Source: Klebsiella phage K64-1
Direction: 5' to 3' (one strand)
Length of the DNA: 64,000 nucleotides
Sequence record: AB897757.1
Shown here one piece after another: positions 38,802-50,890 of this stretch. The position numbers and the translations under genes were made by a program. Numbering within the stretch: the stretch's first letter is position 1; each line of letters opens with the position of its first letter. The notes under the pieces were generated by a model. That model was not told the origin of the DNA. It made no database searches and saw only the letters and a program-made list of their open reading frames with translations.

Positions 38802-38962
38802 TGAAATATAGTGATCTAATTACTGAAAAAATTCGTAAACGTGGTGATAAATGGGAAGTGACCGATAGTACTGGTAAAAAGGTATTAGGTACACACCCAA
38901 CACGTGAAGAAGCACTTAAACAACTCCGTGCAGTAGAATGGTCTAAGCACAGTGGTAAATAA
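38801..38962 (+). CDS. small hypothetical protein (53 aa, sub-threshold)
   Basis: TGATG coupling to nrdG; ends just before the bidirectional terminator. Confidence 0.3.
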   Translation: MKYSDLITEKIRKRGDKWEVTDSTGKKVLGTHPTREEALKQLRAVEWSKHSGK

Positions 38963-38966
38963 TAAA

Positions 38967-38990
38967 AGCCTCCATATGGAGGCTTTTTTA
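38967..38990. terminator. bidirectional terminator (agcctcc/ggaggct plus T6) between early block and convergent tailspike block
   Basis: 7-bp stem, atat loop, A-run upstream and T-run downstream. Confidence 0.65.
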
Positions 38991-41201
38991 TTAGCTATTG
39001 AATGATATTACATAATCAAAATCAGCGTGGAAAGAAAAATCAAAAGTTCCTGCTGGATGTGAAAATGAGGTTCCTGCACTATCTTTTAAAATTGTTAATA
39101 CATCAGTACTTGGAGTAACTAATGGTATTAATGTCACACCAGTTGCCTGTGGAGTAAACACACTACCTTTTGTATATCCAGTTTGAATTGAGCTTGAAAT
39201 AAATGGTAAACCAGATATTCTAAATGGTCCAGCCGTATTAATAGTCAAATTACTATTTCTCAATCTTATATGTATTCTGATTATATCACCGAATCTGTGA
39301 TATATACCAGTTGCTTCCGTTAGAGTTATATAACTTCCTGCAATTTGAAGTACAGGAGTAAATGTTCCATAATCATATTTAAATTGTGCATTTGATGAAG
39401 TGAATACCAACGGTTGAACAAATGCATATGAACTATTGAAAACGTATTTGCTTACCCAACTATTTTTAAACTCCTGAAGGGTTAACATTGAATAACTACT
39501 AGTATCATCTGATCTTCTATATTGTCTATGTATTTGACCACCAGTAACAATTGGGTTTATTTCATTTGAGACTGATTGTTGAACATGTCCAGATCTAGTA
39601 ACATCCATACAACCAATATTACCTCTACATACCATTGCTGGGAAGAAATTTTGTGAAGGATCCCAAGGGTCTACGTTATCTACATTAAAACGATTACCGG
39701 TTGTATTACCGGCAGCATAATTGATTATACCAACTCTTTCTAAAATTACATTTCCTATTTTACTATTACCTACCCATGAACCTGATTGTGATGTATGATA
39801 AAATGGAGTTCTCGGAGACCACATTATTTTGGCTTCTAAAATATTACAATTTAATATTTCACGACCATATCTTGAATATACAGTTTTGGCACGACCTGTT
39901 ATTCCTTTATATTCACCCAACGGCCATACACCAGTTTGTTTATTATTTGATAATCTACCACCATTTGCGGTTGTTATGGAATTAGCAGTTTTAAAAAAAT
40001 ATGTATTAAAAAAATTATCCAGTGAAGAATATGCAGTATGCGTGAAATTAAGACTTGTATCACCATAATAGTGATATTTTTCAGTGAAACTAGAATCATT
40101 CCATCCTGCTCTATAAATGTCTGATGCAGGATATGGTGGTAAATAAGTTGATGCATAAGCATAGTTTCTTGTTAGCCATTGCCCACCAAATACATCACCT
40201 GCTATATTATACCATAATTTAATAAATCCTCTTTCAACTGCGTCTTCACCTTGAAATATCCCGGTTATTCCACAACTTGAAATTTGTAAATTATCCTCAG
40301 TTGAAAATGCACTAATTCCTTCACATAATCTACCAATCATAAATCCTGATATATTTAAATCATGCATATGATATCTTACATAACCATCTTTTCCAGAATC
40401 ACCAGAAATAAAAACACCAATTGTTCCATTTAAATCATATGGCCCACTAGTTTTGCTCCAATTACCACGAATACCAGTAGTTTGCATATTTGTTCCAATT
40501 ATAACAGAATCGTTGTATAGTCTAATTGCTGCCCTCATTGTATAAATTGGTTCTGGATCTATATTTTGATCAGTTCCGGCAGTTATCCATCCCGGATAAA
40601 CAGTACCGTCATCTCTTGGTAATTCATAAGTTTGTGGAAATGTTATACATGGATATCTTTGTGACAATACAACTGGTAAATTATTAGTTTTTCCATAATC
40701 AATTGCCGCTTGTAAATAAGGAACTGCATCTAATGTAGTTCCATGTATATATTTTTCATTATTAATGACAAACATTTCTGGAGTTATAAATTTTAATGCA
40801 TCTTTTAATACTCCACCAGTATCAAGTGTTATATTATTTGAAATATTATCCAAATTTTTTTGTACTGATAACCCGTTACTAGTTCCAATTTTACCAGCAG
40901 CATCATCATTAGAAAGAATAATTTGTTCTAAAATATTAATTTGATATGATGATATATTAGTTACTATAATAATAGTTGATTCATCTACAATATTCCAAGA
41001 ATCAACCATCCCTGTTTCATTCCCATTAAGTTTCCAAATTGTTTCAGTACTGGAATCATATACAAATTTTAAACCAGCAATATCTAGTCCATCTTCTAAA
41101 TATTTTACTTCCTCAATTTTTGACCCAGTAATTCTTGCTATGCTTTGTATATTAGTTTCTTTAGAAACTGAACCTTTCGGTTGTATTAAACTATTTGTCA
41201 T
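38991..41201 (-). CDS. tailspike/tail fibre protein, anchor family A (N-terminal LIQPKGSVSKETN)
   Basis: conserved N-terminal 55 aa shared with four other minus-strand genes; G/N/T-rich beta-helix-like body; TATAAATA late promoter upstream. Confidence 0.75.
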   Translation of the reverse strand: MTNSLIQPKGSVSKETNIQSIARITGSKIEEVKYLEDGLDIAGLKFVYDSSTETIWKLNGNETGMVDSWNIVDESTIIIVTNISSYQINILEQIILSNDDAAGKIGTSNGLSVQKNLDNISNNITLDTGGVLKDALKFITPEMFVINNEKYIHGTTLDAVPYLQAAIDYGKTNNLPVVLSQRYPCITFPQTYELPRDDGTVYPGWITAGTDQNIDPEPIYTMRAAIRLYNDSVIIGTNMQTTGIRGNWSKTSGPYDLNGTIGVFISGDSGKDGYVRYHMHDLNISGFMIGRLCEGISAFSTEDNLQISSCGITGIFQGEDAVERGFIKLWYNIAGDVFGGQWLTRNYAYASTYLPPYPASDIYRAGWNDSSFTEKYHYYGDTSLNFTHTAYSSLDNFFNTYFFKTANSITTANGGRLSNNKQTGVWPLGEYKGITGRAKTVYSRYGREILNCNILEAKIMWSPRTPFYHTSQSGSWVGNSKIGNVILERVGIINYAAGNTTGNRFNVDNVDPWDPSQNFFPAMVCRGNIGCMDVTRSGHVQQSVSNEINPIVTGGQIHRQYRRSDDTSSYSMLTLQEFKNSWVSKYVFNSSYAFVQPLVFTSSNAQFKYDYGTFTPVLQIAGSYITLTEATGIYHRFGDIIRIHIRLRNSNLTINTAGPFRISGLPFISSSIQTGYTKGSVFTPQATGVTLIPLVTPSTDVLTILKDSAGTSFSHPAGTFDFSFHADFDYVISFNS

Positions 41202-41227
41202 CTACTTAACCTCATATGTAATTGCAA

Positions 41228-41235
41228 TATTTATA
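41228..41235 (-). promoter_or_regulatory. T4-type late promoter TATAAATA (minus strand)
   Basis: tatttata on plus equals TATAAATA on minus, about 26 nt upstream of ATG 41201 with RBS gaggt. Confidence 0.55.
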
Positions 41236-41252
41236 ATTCATCAAAACCTTAA

Positions 41253-43208
41253 TTATATTAAAAATAGTCTAATATAACATCTTGTTATTGTTGGTGTTAT
41301 TGGTGATGCTGTTGGATTATATAATGTTACATAAAAAGAGCCATTAATATTATTAGAAACAACTGAACATAGTAAACCATTAATATTTCCATCAAATTTA
41401 GGTTGTGAAAATGATTGTATTAAACCAGTGACACCAATCGTATCAGTGTAACTTTGTAATGCAGATGTGATGGATGCACCAGCGGCAATAGCCCCTGGAT
41501 TAAATGCAAAGTTCCAATCAATATATTTTGAACGTTGTATATATATGCCATCAAATAATATAGAAACGGTACCTGAATTTATGAAACGTAAACTTCCTGC
41601 TCCAATTTGTGATGGTTTTAACTGAAATGTTATAAGTTGCCAACCAGTAGATGCTGTTATAGTACTAGAACCAATATCAGTCGTACCATCAATATTTAAT
41701 TTTAATTCACCATTAGTTCCAGCAGTATCTACACATTTTACACGAGCTTGAATTGTCAATACTGTGTTAGAATCTAAATATTGTTTACCCAATTGAAATC
41801 TTCTAATTTCAACCAATGATGGTACATTCATTGTCGTGTACAATGATGCCATGGTGTCAGTTTGAAACATATTATTACTAGTACCAAACATGTTATGTGC
41901 TGAAATAAAATTTGGATCAATATAATCACCAACAGATGTTATGTTTCCATTACTAGTAAAACAAATAACAGGCTCTATACTTTGCGGTCTAGTACTTGTA
42001 ACATTAAATTGCATATTACCGCTGGCGACCACACCTCTATTATAAAAATTTCCAGATGCTTGTAATTTTCCACCTTCAACTGAACCAAAATATCCAGAAC
42101 AAGATAATGCGTCATTATCAATTAATTTAGTAAGATAAGCACATCCCGAACGCATACGTAATATGCCTTCATAATTATTATGATCAGTTGTGAAATGTGT
42201 AAAACCATTATTTGTTATTCTACATCTTGACATTTGCCCAAAGTCAATAACCGCTTTAGGGGTAATATTAGCACTTGTTGGTGTACCATCCCATTCGAAC
42301 TTATTACGTTCAATCCATATTAAATCTGGATTTGAATTAGTTGATGATTTAATCCAATTCCCACTACTATAACCTAATGTATTATTAGAAAAATGAAAAT
42401 TATTTACATTACTATTTGGAGTTCCAATATAATCATCCATTAATAAAATACCAGTAGTATCACTACCTATTCTTCTGAATAATGTATATTCACATGATGA
42501 TTCCATCATATCACGAGCAATAATTCCCCAGTCAGATATATTTTGAATAGCACAATTATTGATTCTCATATACGACCACGAAGTAACTTTAATTAAAGGT
42601 CCAGTATCAGTACTTGATTCACCTCGAACTTGTAAATTAAATAAACCACCACCCATTGGCCTTGTAGTTTGACCAGTACCATTAAAATGTATACCATAAC
42701 TTGCTGATGCTATTTTTTTAATAGTACTGCCGCCCGTATTAATATTAGAACCAGAATCTCCCCACAAACGTAATGTAGATGTAATATCTAATTCACCTAT
42801 CATAACATCTTTATAAATTTCACGAGGAGGAATATATAAAGATTCTGTCCCAGCTAAAATAGCTTTTTTAAATCTAGTGCTATCATCCGTAGCTGAATCT
42901 GAATCATAATCTAATAAATTTGGTATATTTTTAGTTAAACCATATGAAAATAGAGTATATGTCCCACTTGATGTTGTTAATATACATTTTACTGGATCTG
43001 AAACCCATGAAATCACATTACCATTAATAAAATTTCCGACATATGGTATTTGTGTATTATTATCAATAAAAACTTTTATGGTGGATGTATCAAGTCCAAC
43101 ACTAATATATTGTACTTCATCTATTTTAGTATTAAATTCAATTGCACATGATTTTCTAGATGTGTATCTTGATGTTGAACCTTTTGCTTGTGTTAATTCA
43201 GTAGACAT
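41253..43208 (-). CDS. tailspike/tail fibre protein, anchor family A (divergent N-terminus MSTELTQAKGSTS)
   Basis: N-terminal similarity to the IQPKGS family; beta-helix-like repeats. Confidence 0.7.
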   Translation of the reverse strand: MSTELTQAKGSTSRYTSRKSCAIEFNTKIDEVQYISVGLDTSTIKVFIDNNTQIPYVGNFINGNVISWVSDPVKCILTTSSGTYTLFSYGLTKNIPNLLDYDSDSATDDSTRFKKAILAGTESLYIPPREIYKDVMIGELDITSTLRLWGDSGSNINTGGSTIKKIASASYGIHFNGTGQTTRPMGGGLFNLQVRGESSTDTGPLIKVTSWSYMRINNCAIQNISDWGIIARDMMESSCEYTLFRRIGSDTTGILLMDDYIGTPNSNVNNFHFSNNTLGYSSGNWIKSSTNSNPDLIWIERNKFEWDGTPTSANITPKAVIDFGQMSRCRITNNGFTHFTTDHNNYEGILRMRSGCAYLTKLIDNDALSCSGYFGSVEGGKLQASGNFYNRGVVASGNMQFNVTSTRPQSIEPVICFTSNGNITSVGDYIDPNFISAHNMFGTSNNMFQTDTMASLYTTMNVPSLVEIRRFQLGKQYLDSNTVLTIQARVKCVDTAGTNGELKLNIDGTTDIGSSTITASTGWQLITFQLKPSQIGAGSLRFINSGTVSILFDGIYIQRSKYIDWNFAFNPGAIAAGASITSALQSYTDTIGVTGLIQSFSQPKFDGNINGLLCSVVSNNINGSFYVTLYNPTASPITPTITRCYIRLFLI

Positions 43209-43239
43209 TATATAATTTCTCCAAATATAATCTTAATAA

Positions 43240-43247
43240 TATTTATA
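43240..43247 (-). promoter_or_regulatory. late promoter TATAAATA (minus strand)
   Basis: inside a conserved 38-bp promoter/UTR cassette also present at 45394-45431. Confidence 0.55.
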
Positions 43248-43249
43248 AA

Positions 43250-43278
43250 GAAAAAGCCCCCAGAGAGGGGGCTTTATT
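43250..43278. terminator. terminator hairpin (agccccc/gggggct)
   Basis: 7-bp GC stem flanked by A/T runs. Confidence 0.55.
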
Positions 43279-43284
43279 GTTAGT

Positions 43285-45393
43285 TTATCCAGCTAATATA
43301 AAAGAAACCATTCTAGAAACATTAATATTTCCAGTAAATCCAGATACTTGCCATCTTGGTTTACATTTTACAGCACCCACTGGGGCATTGAATGTCCTAG
43401 ATGGTGTAGCAATATATCTACTATTACCATCTGAATAGTTTGGTAATGTTGTATCATTAAAAACAGTTCTCATATTTATTGATGAAGCAGATGAAGTTGA
43501 AATTAAATTGTCATTTACATCATACCAAGCAACTGAAAAAGTACACTGAATATTTCCAGTACTATCTAGTGCCGACAATGATAAATATAGACCTAATCTA
43601 TTTTTTACTGTAACAGGAATAAATGATTTAGTGGCTAAGTTAAAATAACCACCGGCACCAGTGACTTGTAATTGAGTTCCAGCAGTTCCACCTGTTATAA
43701 CTGTAGCAGACATGGCATTTCTATCTACACATGTATAACGTGTGAGTGCATCTAATGTTGCAGTACTGTTTACCACGGTGCCTACAACTTCATCACCCAT
43801 ATTATAACCTTTATTAAGTATCATTGTGTTAGATGGTAGTTGGAAGTAAGGATCTTTAATATATCCATTAATATATAATATAGTTTCATCTGAACACATT
43901 AAACAATCTTCTAGGTAAGGAGTTACTTCATGTCTTTGGTCTAGCCCATTGATATATACTGGGGTAGATTTTGCATCAATATGCAATCTACTAGATGAGT
44001 TAGTTCCAGTCGTATTGCTTCTTAACCTACTCAAATTAGTTATATTGTTCATAATAATAGATCTGTTGGAACCTACACTAGAACTTTGTGGACTTTCTGC
44101 TGAAAGAAGTAAACCATTGTATCCTTCCATATGACAACTCGTAAAGCTTACTTTAGAATATCCCCAAGTTGAAGTTCCATAAAAAACATTACCACTCGTA
44201 AAATCAAAAGAGCAATTAGTGAAATTTACATCAAAACCAGGCTGACTAATTTGAATGTGATTAGTTCTAGAACCACCAATTGTACAATCATTAAAAGTCA
44301 TCCTTTCGCCAGAGTTAGAACTCGTAGTATTAGGTACATAAATTCCAATTATTGTACTTTCTATATGGCAATCGGTTGCTGTAAATAAATAGGTATTTAT
44401 TGAACCAAAGGTTAAACCGTATCTTACCCCTCCTATAGATACACCATATAGAATGACATTTCTAACATCACTCATATTACTGGTATTACCAACAAAAATA
44501 CCATCTACATTTCCATCAAGGGTATTACCTAATACGCGGAAAGTACCTCCAATAGAACCTAGATTCCAACCTTTGTGATATGTTGTACTTATTCCTGACA
44601 CCTTATTTATTATTCTTATAACATAACTATTATCAGGCATACCTGAGCCATCAATTGTCACATTACCAATAGCAACAACAGAAACATAAGAGGGAATATC
44701 AAGTTGTCTTGATGGTTTGTAGGTTCCAGCCTTTAAATAAATAGCTTTTCTCCCATAAAAACCAACATTGGATACATAATTACTAACAATGGCAACAGCA
44801 GCATCCCATGCATCTGAAAAATCAACTGCTGGATTAAGAGCACCAAACCAAGCCATATCGATATAGTTCTCTGGTCTTTTCCATCTTTTTCCTGTTGCAG
44901 TGACAATAACAGTATATCCATCATCGATGGAAGTTACATCAGAAGAATCATAACAAAATATACCACCAGTAGTTGTACCTAATGTTGAATTTATTTGATT
45001 TAAAATAATTTGTTGACCATTTGTGGTTGGTTCTATTGAACGCAGCGAAGTTACAGATGATACTTTTCCTATATTACTATATCCTACTTCTCCTGTAATT
45101 TCTTGTCGCAAGTTAATATCTACTTGAGTTTTAATCAAAGCGAATTGCCCAGATGTAGTTTGTAATGTCAGTGAACCATTAGTAATAATCCATGAAATTG
45201 GAGTTCCAGTGGCTGTACCACGATACCAACAAGTTTCTGTACTTTCATCATATAAAATTGTATAAGGATCTATAAGTACTGAAGTAGATATATATCCTAC
45301 CGCAGTTTTTTTAATTCCAAAAAGACGAGCTATCGCTTCTTTATTTGTTTCTTTTGATATAGAACCTTTTGGCTGTGTTAATTTATTTGCCAT
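43285..45393 (-). CDS. tailspike protein, anchor family A (MANKLTQPKGSISKETN)
   Basis: conserved N-terminus; beta-helix-type repeats rich in N/G/T/S. Confidence 0.75.
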   Translation of the reverse strand: MANKLTQPKGSISKETNKEAIARLFGIKKTAVGYISTSVLIDPYTILYDESTETCWYRGTATGTPISWIITNGSLTLQTTSGQFALIKTQVDINLRQEITGEVGYSNIGKVSSVTSLRSIEPTTNGQQIILNQINSTLGTTTGGIFCYDSSDVTSIDDGYTVIVTATGKRWKRPENYIDMAWFGALNPAVDFSDAWDAAVAIVSNYVSNVGFYGRKAIYLKAGTYKPSRQLDIPSYVSVVAIGNVTIDGSGMPDNSYVIRIINKVSGISTTYHKGWNLGSIGGTFRVLGNTLDGNVDGIFVGNTSNMSDVRNVILYGVSIGGVRYGLTFGSINTYLFTATDCHIESTIIGIYVPNTTSSNSGERMTFNDCTIGGSRTNHIQISQPGFDVNFTNCSFDFTSGNVFYGTSTWGYSKVSFTSCHMEGYNGLLLSAESPQSSSVGSNRSIIMNNITNLSRLRSNTTGTNSSSRLHIDAKSTPVYINGLDQRHEVTPYLEDCLMCSDETILYINGYIKDPYFQLPSNTMILNKGYNMGDEVVGTVVNSTATLDALTRYTCVDRNAMSATVITGGTAGTQLQVTGAGGYFNLATKSFIPVTVKNRLGLYLSLSALDSTGNIQCTFSVAWYDVNDNLISTSSASSINMRTVFNDTTLPNYSDGNSRYIATPSRTFNAPVGAVKCKPRWQVSGFTGNINVSRMVSFILAG

Positions 45394-45421
45394 TATAATT
45401 CTCCAAATATAATTATAATAA

Positions 45422-45429
45422 TATTTATA
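45422..45429 (-). promoter_or_regulatory. late promoter TATAAATA (minus strand)
   Basis: in the conserved cassette; RBS ggag. Confidence 0.55.
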
Positions 45430-45432
45430 AAT

Positions 45433-45459
45433 AAAAAGCCCCGATATTGGGGCTTTTTA
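45433..45459. terminator. terminator hairpin (aagcccc/ggggctt plus T5)
   Basis: GC stem plus T-run. Confidence 0.55.
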
Positions 45460-45464
45460 TTTAA

Positions 45465-48400
45465 TTAACCAGACACTTGAATATTAAATGTCATATTAGT
45501 AGTCGGTGCAACATCAACATATATAGTAACTGTAGTTCCAGAAACAACCGTCCAATATTTTGTTGGGCCACTATATGTTCCTTGTGGGGTTACTTGAACA
45601 GAAAATGCAGAAATAGAACCAATAAAAGTTGATGATAAATCATATCCAATACTAGTTTGACCAGCAGGAATTGACCATTGATTTCTATAAAAAGAATAAT
45701 CTCTTCCAGTAGATGTATTAATTACATTTGATAACATTTTCATCGTTATGGATGTTGCAGTTACTGGTGTCGTTGTTCCATCAAATTCGGTATTAGCTAT
45801 TTTCAATTTATTAATTGATGTTGAATTTCTAGCATATATTTTTTTAATTATGCCATAACAATTAGTCATAGATAAATTAACTAAATTGTTAAATGTCCCA
45901 ATAGTATAATTTGTTGTCGAATTAAATTTACAATTATTAAAACTAACTCTAGTATTTGATGTATATTCGTTTTGACCAATATAGTCAACAACCGCACTAT
46001 TACCTGTTATAGTTGAATCAAATTGACAATTATCAAATGATATATCACGCAATACATATGTTAACTGTAATCCAGTCGTTGGTAATGTAAACTTACAATT
46101 AATATATTTTAATGTCTTACCATCTTTAAACACAGTATTAGATTGATCATTACTTACATCTATTCTACCAAAATGACAATCTCTATATACATCAAACAAT
46201 TGTGAATTTATTTGTGAATATGCATTTGGCATTATAATATTTTCAGCAACCCAATATGTTTGTACTATATTAGATGAATTTGGGTATGTATATACCAATG
46301 GAACACCACTAGTAGTGTCAAGTGAATATCCATTTGACACTTTCATATATTCACATGTACCAAGTGGTGAAATTATACCACCTACATTTTTTCCAACTTG
46401 AAAATTCTTGATATCAAAATGGACACAATCACCATTAACTACTACAATAACAGCATATCCAGGAGTTTGAGTTTGTTTAAAAGTCAATCCATCAATACAA
46501 AAATAATCATTAAGACCAATTGTTTGTGATGATTTAACAACTGCACATGCATGACTAGCAATAGAATTATTTGGATTAACTCCAATAGAATCAATCATCA
46601 TATTTTTAAATAAAATATTTTTATTATTTCCACCACCATTCCCAGAAATATAAAATAAATGTTCACCTATATTATCTGCATATATTCCATCTAATACAAT
46701 ATTAGATATATTATTACCCCATTGACTTCCACAATATAAAGAATTAACCATAGTAGTATTTTGAAAATATACAAACGTTGAATTATTTCCCAATCTCCAA
46801 TTTATCACTCTACCATACCAAGGATTCGTTCCTGATGTATCAATAATATTACTTCTATTACCATCAGTATATAATCCTGATACGGTAGAATAACTTAAAC
46901 TGTTAAAACGAATCATATCGCTATCTAATGGAGTTGCTCCATCAGGTAATTTAAATATAGTTCCATCAAATTTAAAAGTCATACCTTTTAATGTAGGTAT
47001 TACTACTGTTGTTATTAAAATTGTTCCAGTTGGTGTTATATATGTCATTCCAGACGTTAATGAATTAACTTCACTTTGCATTAGTGCTGTTTGATCTTGT
47101 GTTGAATTTGGTATTAATTTACTTATCAATACTTTACTATCAGTAAATTGTTTTTTTATATTATCTATTTCTGCTTGAACACTTAGACCACTTGAAGTAC
47201 CTACAATGCTAGATCCATTATTTGATGATAATAGTACTGAATTTACTTTATTGTTAAGAGTTTGCTGTAAATTGTTTCCATCAGATGTACCAACCATTAA
47301 TGAACCAGTATTTGATGATAAATCAGATTTACTAACAAATTGACCATTAGCAGTTTCATAAGTCAAATATGGATTAGTATTAAGAATTAATTTTCCTAAT
47401 ATTGCAACTAAATTATCTCCAATATTCAACGAACCATTAAGATCTATGTATTGACCATTATAAGTATAATGTCCTAATTCGATATTTTGTAATACACCAT
47501 TAATAAAAATATTAATACTTCCAAAATTATATGGAACAAAAATTCTGTTAATATTATCACTAGTTGCGGTATATGTCCAAGTAATAACATCTTTATTGGA
47601 GTCCAATTTATAAAACGGAGTAGAAGGTACATTTCCTAATGTACCAATACCAGACCAGACTGTACCATCTACCGGATATAACCAGTACTGATTTATTGTT
47701 GAAGTATTACCTGCTTTCCAAATTTTTAATGATCTTCGTGGTAATCCAAATGCTACTTCAATACTAGGTAAATGTGGTTGCCATTTTAAATTAATACCCT
47801 CAGCTTTTAATGAATCTTTTAATAAGTTCAATTCAGTAATTGATGCATAAGAACTTAAATCAGCTTTAGTAACTATATTGTCATCTTGTATAGGAGAATT
47901 ATATACAATAACGTGTATATCATCACCTTCTTGTAGTGGTGAACTTAATGTTACTTCTGTTCCATTTAAATCATAAGCTCCATTATCTGGATTTTGTAGA
48001 ATACCATTAATAAAAACCTGTAATTCACTAAAATGGAAATAAGGAATATTTATTTTATTACTGTTATTTACATCATCAATTACACTATTATACTCGGTAT
48101 TAATATTGTCAATTAAATTTAAACTATCCAAGAAAACTAATACTTCATCTCCTGCAAAAAGCTTACTTACGAATGATAATGTATTTCCTGATATTGTATA
48201 ATGTGTATCATATTGTAAAACCCCATTAATATATACAACTGGATCTATTATTGTACCTGTTATAGTAAAATCAGTTTGGTCTTGTATTGCTACTGCTGTG
48301 TAATTAGGCACAATCTTATCATTACTTAATACAAATATATTATCATCTTGTTGCATTGAAGAATTCAATGTAATAGTATTGTTTACTATTGTAAATGAAT

Positions 48401-49046
48401 TTGGGTATTGTAAAACACCATTTATGAATAAGTAATTACTATTTTTTTCATATGGTAAAATAATAGTTGTTTGATTATCTAATGCAGTACTAATATATTG
48501 TGTGTTAGTTGTATTATCTGAATCTTCACCAACAACAATATAAACATTATCACCAGCTTGTAGAGAATTCGAGAATGTTACAGTACCACCAAATGTTTGA
48601 TATGATATACCAGGATATTGCAAAATTCCATTAATATAAATTATTGCTTTTTTGAAATCCAAATTAGGAACAGTAAAAACAGTTTGTCCGGCTGATGCAA
48701 TTGAACTCCATGTGACGGTTGTTTTAGTAGAATCAAATATAGTAACCCAGTCAGAATCATTACTATTATTAACCACTCGCATCATAAGTTTAACTGGTGC
48801 TGAATTATTATTTTCCCAATCACCTGTGTTAAAAGATAGCATCCCAGCAACATTATCTTGTTTTCCAAAATTTGTCACTAATGTATTACTAGCAAGATCA
48901 GTAGTACTTGAATTATCAATTTCATTAATTGTGAATTTACCTTCAGGCATATTTTTAGAATCTGGTAATTTTTCATTATCAAATTTCACACCACCTTTAA
49001 GTGTAGCATCAACCGCTGATAGTGAGCCTTTAAATTTAAATGCCAT
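45465..49046 (-). CDS. large tail fibre protein (1193 aa) with tandem FINGVLQ-type modules and the HLP.VEVA.GL shared module
   Basis: at least five about 75-aa repeats containing [IV][FY]ING[VI]LQ ... GD.[IV].V; internal module [16 protein letters not shown]...YWLY.DGTVW shared with 53300, 56315 and 59378 genes. Confidence 0.7.
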
Positions 49047-49095
49047 GTCATAATTCCTTTTAAATTAAAAATCTATAAAGTATTTAATAAAAAAT

Positions 49096-49120
49096 AAAGC
49101 CCAAGCTGGGCTTTATTTTT
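49096..49120. terminator. terminator hairpin (agccca/tgggct plus T-run)
   Basis: 6-bp stem plus tttattttt. Confidence 0.45.
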
Positions 49121-49126
49121 AATCTT

Positions 49127-50881
49127 TTATGCACCTCTAATATAAGCTTGTATTTGTCTATTTCTTGTATCCATAGATACTAAGTTGATAGTAATAGTAG
49201 AACCATCAGATGTTGTACTAACAGATACTTGAACCCCAGTAGGTGTATTTGTACTTGGACCCCATACATTGTCTGGATATGTATCTAATTTCGATGATAT
49301 CATATTAATTACGGGTACGGTGCTTTCCCATGAACACAATAGAGGTACTGTAAAATATTCAGCTCTTCCACCTATAGTATCTCTTGCTGATATCTCAAGA
49401 ACTATTTTTTGTGGAATCATATATTGTGTCATTGCTGGTCTGCTTAATGATAATGTTAATGTTCCATTTGATGCTGCTGGCGGTAATGTTCCAGTAGATG
49501 TATTCCCCATTTTAACCAAACCAGATGATTTTTGATATGTCCCTGTATTAACTATATCAGGTAAACCATAGTTTCCGGTTATTACTTTATTAGCTATAGT
49601 TACTTCTTTCATATAGCCTAAGTTTCCACCCGAAAACGAATTTCCTGAAGCAATAAGGATTTTTCCAGTACCACCAGCACATATAATATCATAATCTGGT
49701 GTTAATACACCAGTACCACCGTCATCTACACCAGAAGTAAATCTATTACCATTTAATAAAATTATCCCAGAATCATTAATTAATATATTAGCCCCATTAT
49801 TTGTATTAGAGGATATTCTTCCGTTTCGTTGTATTGAGCAGGTTGTAACTGATACACTTGCACCATCGGCAACAGTAATTCCTGCATATCCGTTACGGTC
49901 AATCAATTCCCCAGTAATTACATTACCTACTGATTGATAAAAATAAAAACCATCGGTTCCATTCCATTCTACTCGGCACCCAACCCATGCATTATTATTA
50001 GCTCCTGTTCGCATCGCAATGCCACGAGAGACTTGTGCATTTATTGTACAATCGACTGCACGAGAGTCAATCCAGTCTTGCATTGCTGTATTATTACCAC
50101 TAAAATTACAACCACGAGCATAAACGGTTGCTACATACCCACTAGTTCTTCCTAAACCAATACCCCATCTATAAAATCCACATTTTTCGAATCTACACCC
50201 AGAAACTTGTGATGTAGCATTCATAGAACCCACTGTGTTGTTTCTACCATCAAATACAATATTGTCGAAAGTATGTCTCCCTGAAAGAACAAAAATACCA
50301 GGCGAACCAGATGCTAATCTAATAACAGTACCGCAATTATTAAATGATGCATCATTCGAAACAGTGTATGGTTTTCTACTTTGACCATACATATTGAATC
50401 CTGATGGTAATGTACATACATTACTATGTACATATATACCTTTAGATGGTGGATAATAAATTGACATTAATCCAGAATTTATTGCTTTTTGTAAAGCATA
50501 ATCAACATTAATTTCAATCCCAACTACATTTTTTATGTTGTAAATATCATCAGATGTCATAAAATTATATATAGAATTTGCGGTTGTTGTTGAAGTAGAA
50601 ACAGAAATTTTTCTTAATGTTAAAGTGCCATTAGTAGTTAATACAGTCATAATTTCGCCAGTACTATCTATACTCCATGATGAAATTGTTCCAGTTTCTA
50701 AACTTGAAATAGTTCCCCATATATATTGAGTATTTGGATCAATAAGAAGTTTTAAACCATTAACTGAAAGATTTTGTTTTATAAAATCTATTTCAGAATA
50801 ATTTATTGAATAAGTTTTAGATAAAATTTCTCTAGCGATTTCAGTAGAAGTTGAACCTTTAGGTTGTATAAAATTTCCCAT
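49127..50881 (-). CDS. tailspike protein, anchor family A (MGNFIQPKGSTSTE), right-handed beta-helix
   Basis: PbH1-like repeats (GCRFEKCGF..GCNFSGN..CTINAQ..GCRVEWNG); translationally coupled to the upstream gene (9-nt gap). Confidence 0.75.
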   Translation of the reverse strand: MGNFIQPKGSTSTEIAREILSKTYSINYSEIDFIKQNLSVNGLKLLIDPNTQYIWGTISSLETGTISSWSIDSTGEIMTVLTTNGTLTLRKISVSTSTTTANSIYNFMTSDDIYNIKNVVGIEINVDYALQKAINSGLMSIYYPPSKGIYVHSNVCTLPSGFNMYGQSRKPYTVSNDASFNNCGTVIRLASGSPGIFVLSGRHTFDNIVFDGRNNTVGSMNATSQVSGCRFEKCGFYRWGIGLGRTSGYVATVYARGCNFSGNNTAMQDWIDSRAVDCTINAQVSRGIAMRTGANNNAWVGCRVEWNGTDGFYFYQSVGNVITGELIDRNGYAGITVADGASVSVTTCSIQRNGRISSNTNNGANILINDSGIILLNGNRFTSGVDDGGTGVLTPDYDIICAGGTGKILIASGNSFSGGNLGYMKEVTIANKVITGNYGLPDIVNTGTYQKSSGLVKMGNTSTGTLPPAASNGTLTLSLSRPAMTQYMIPQKIVLEISARDTIGGRAEYFTVPLLCSWESTVPVINMISSKLDTYPDNVWGPSTNTPTGVQVSVSTTSDGSTITINLVSMDTRNRQIQAYIRGA

Positions 50882-50890
50882 ATTTTAATC

